Of a stretch of 64,000 nt of DNA, positions 63,176-64,000 are shown piece by piece. The notes below the pieces were generated by a model. That model was not told where the DNA came from. It ran no database searches and saw only the letters and a program-made list of their open reading frames with translations. The first letter of the stretch is position 1. Every line of letters begins with the position of its first letter. Origin of the DNA: Podarcis pityusensis (taxonomy: Eukaryota); assembly GCA_964106645.2 (NCBI GenBank), contig OZ067048.1; one strand, 5' to 3'. Both the position numbers and the translations under genes were made by a program.

Positions 63176-63558
63176 CAGGCATGAAGAACCTTTTTGGCTT
63201 ATAAGGATCTAACCTCATGGGCTAAAATTGACAGGTGTACAGGGCTGCTCATTTGTCAGTCATGTGATGTCATAATGACATCAGGTGATTGGGTGATTTG
63301 AAGTCCCAAAGTCAAGATTTCAAAGCACTGTGCACAGCTAAATCCTGCACACCTGATTCAGCAGGCTTTGGCTGTGCCATAGAGTCAGAGTCTGGATTCC
63401 CTCACCAATGCACAATCGGAAGTGCACTTTAAGCGCATTGGCGGCTGCACCTCTACAGGCCCTACACCTGATGTCACATATGATGTCACTTATGGGTCAG
63501 GTGACCGTGGTTTATGTAAAAGGGGCCAGATTTGAACCGCTGGAGGTTCCTCACCCGT
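63176..63558. mobile_element. Degenerate hAT-like element with repeated TGATGTCA motifs
   Basis: Eroded termini caggcatgaagaacct / gaggttcctcacccgt and several tgatgtca repeats. No clean TSD. Confidence 0.45.
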
Positions 63559-63653
63559 CTCTTAAATAATATTTCCCTTGCACCATCAGTAGATTATTTT
63601 TTTCAAGACCAACTTCAACAGTTTACGTTTTGATGTGTCGTGAGCTATGTTGT

Positions 63654-64000
63654 AAAGGTAAAGGGACCCCTGACCATTAGGTCCAGTTGTGGCCGACTCT
63701 GGGGTTGCGACACTCATCTCGCTTTATTGGCCGAGGGAGCCGGCATACAGCTTCCGGGTCATGTGGCCAGCATGACTAAGCCGCTTCTGGCTAACCAGAG
63801 CAGCGCACGGAAATGCTGTTTACCTTCCCGCCGGAGCGGTACCTATTTATCTACTTGCACTTTGACGTGCTTTTGAACTGCTAGGTTGACAGGAGCAGGG
63901 ACCGAGCAACGGGAGCTCACCCCGTCGCGGGGATTCGAACTGCTGACCTTCTGATCGGCAAGTCCTAGGCTCTGTGGTTTAACCCACAGCGCCACCCGCG
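63654..64000 (-). mobile_element. Sauria SINE running to the window edge
   Basis: Near-consensus body from the aaaggtaaagggacccc tail to ccacagcgccacccgcg. Confidence 0.95.

Noticed and set aside
25411-64000. COMMD10 exons 6-7
   Set aside because: No segment encoding the expected ..LEKV.VEF.HKELF.FYNK or LETIQAQLDSL peptides was seen; the intron is expected to extend past the window.

Overview
Eukaryotic genomic DNA from a squamate reptile, most likely a lacertid lizard, judged from abundant Sauria SINEs with (ACCTTT)n tails, BovB LINEs and lizard-type MITEs. Two spliced protein-coding genes lie on the + strand in the order known from mammals. The first is ARL14EPL, with its last two coding exons at 2021-2163 and 4070-4277. 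The second is COMMD10, with a CpG-island promoter and exons 1-5 at 10222-25410. The remaining ~38.6 kb is the long COMMD10 intron 5; exons 6-7 were not found in the window. Nearly all long ORFs in the supplied track are transposon fragments or chance ORFs. Mobile elements include 9 Sauria SINEs, 8 Tc1/mariner-type MITEs, several hAT MITEs, CR1, L1, L2, BovB and RTE-X-like LINE 3' ends, a solo LTR, a DIRS-like fragment and Penelope remnants; many have target-site duplications (TSDs) readable by eye. No clearly new biological system is evident. The best leads are hammerhead-ribozyme motifs in Penelope remnants, a possible antisense exon cluster nested in COMMD10 intron 5, SINE tails that create acceptor-plus-donor splice modules, a young hAT element with TTAGGG-containing 33-bp tandem repeats, and an overlapping uORF in COMMD10. 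Family names come from recalled consensus features, not from a database search.
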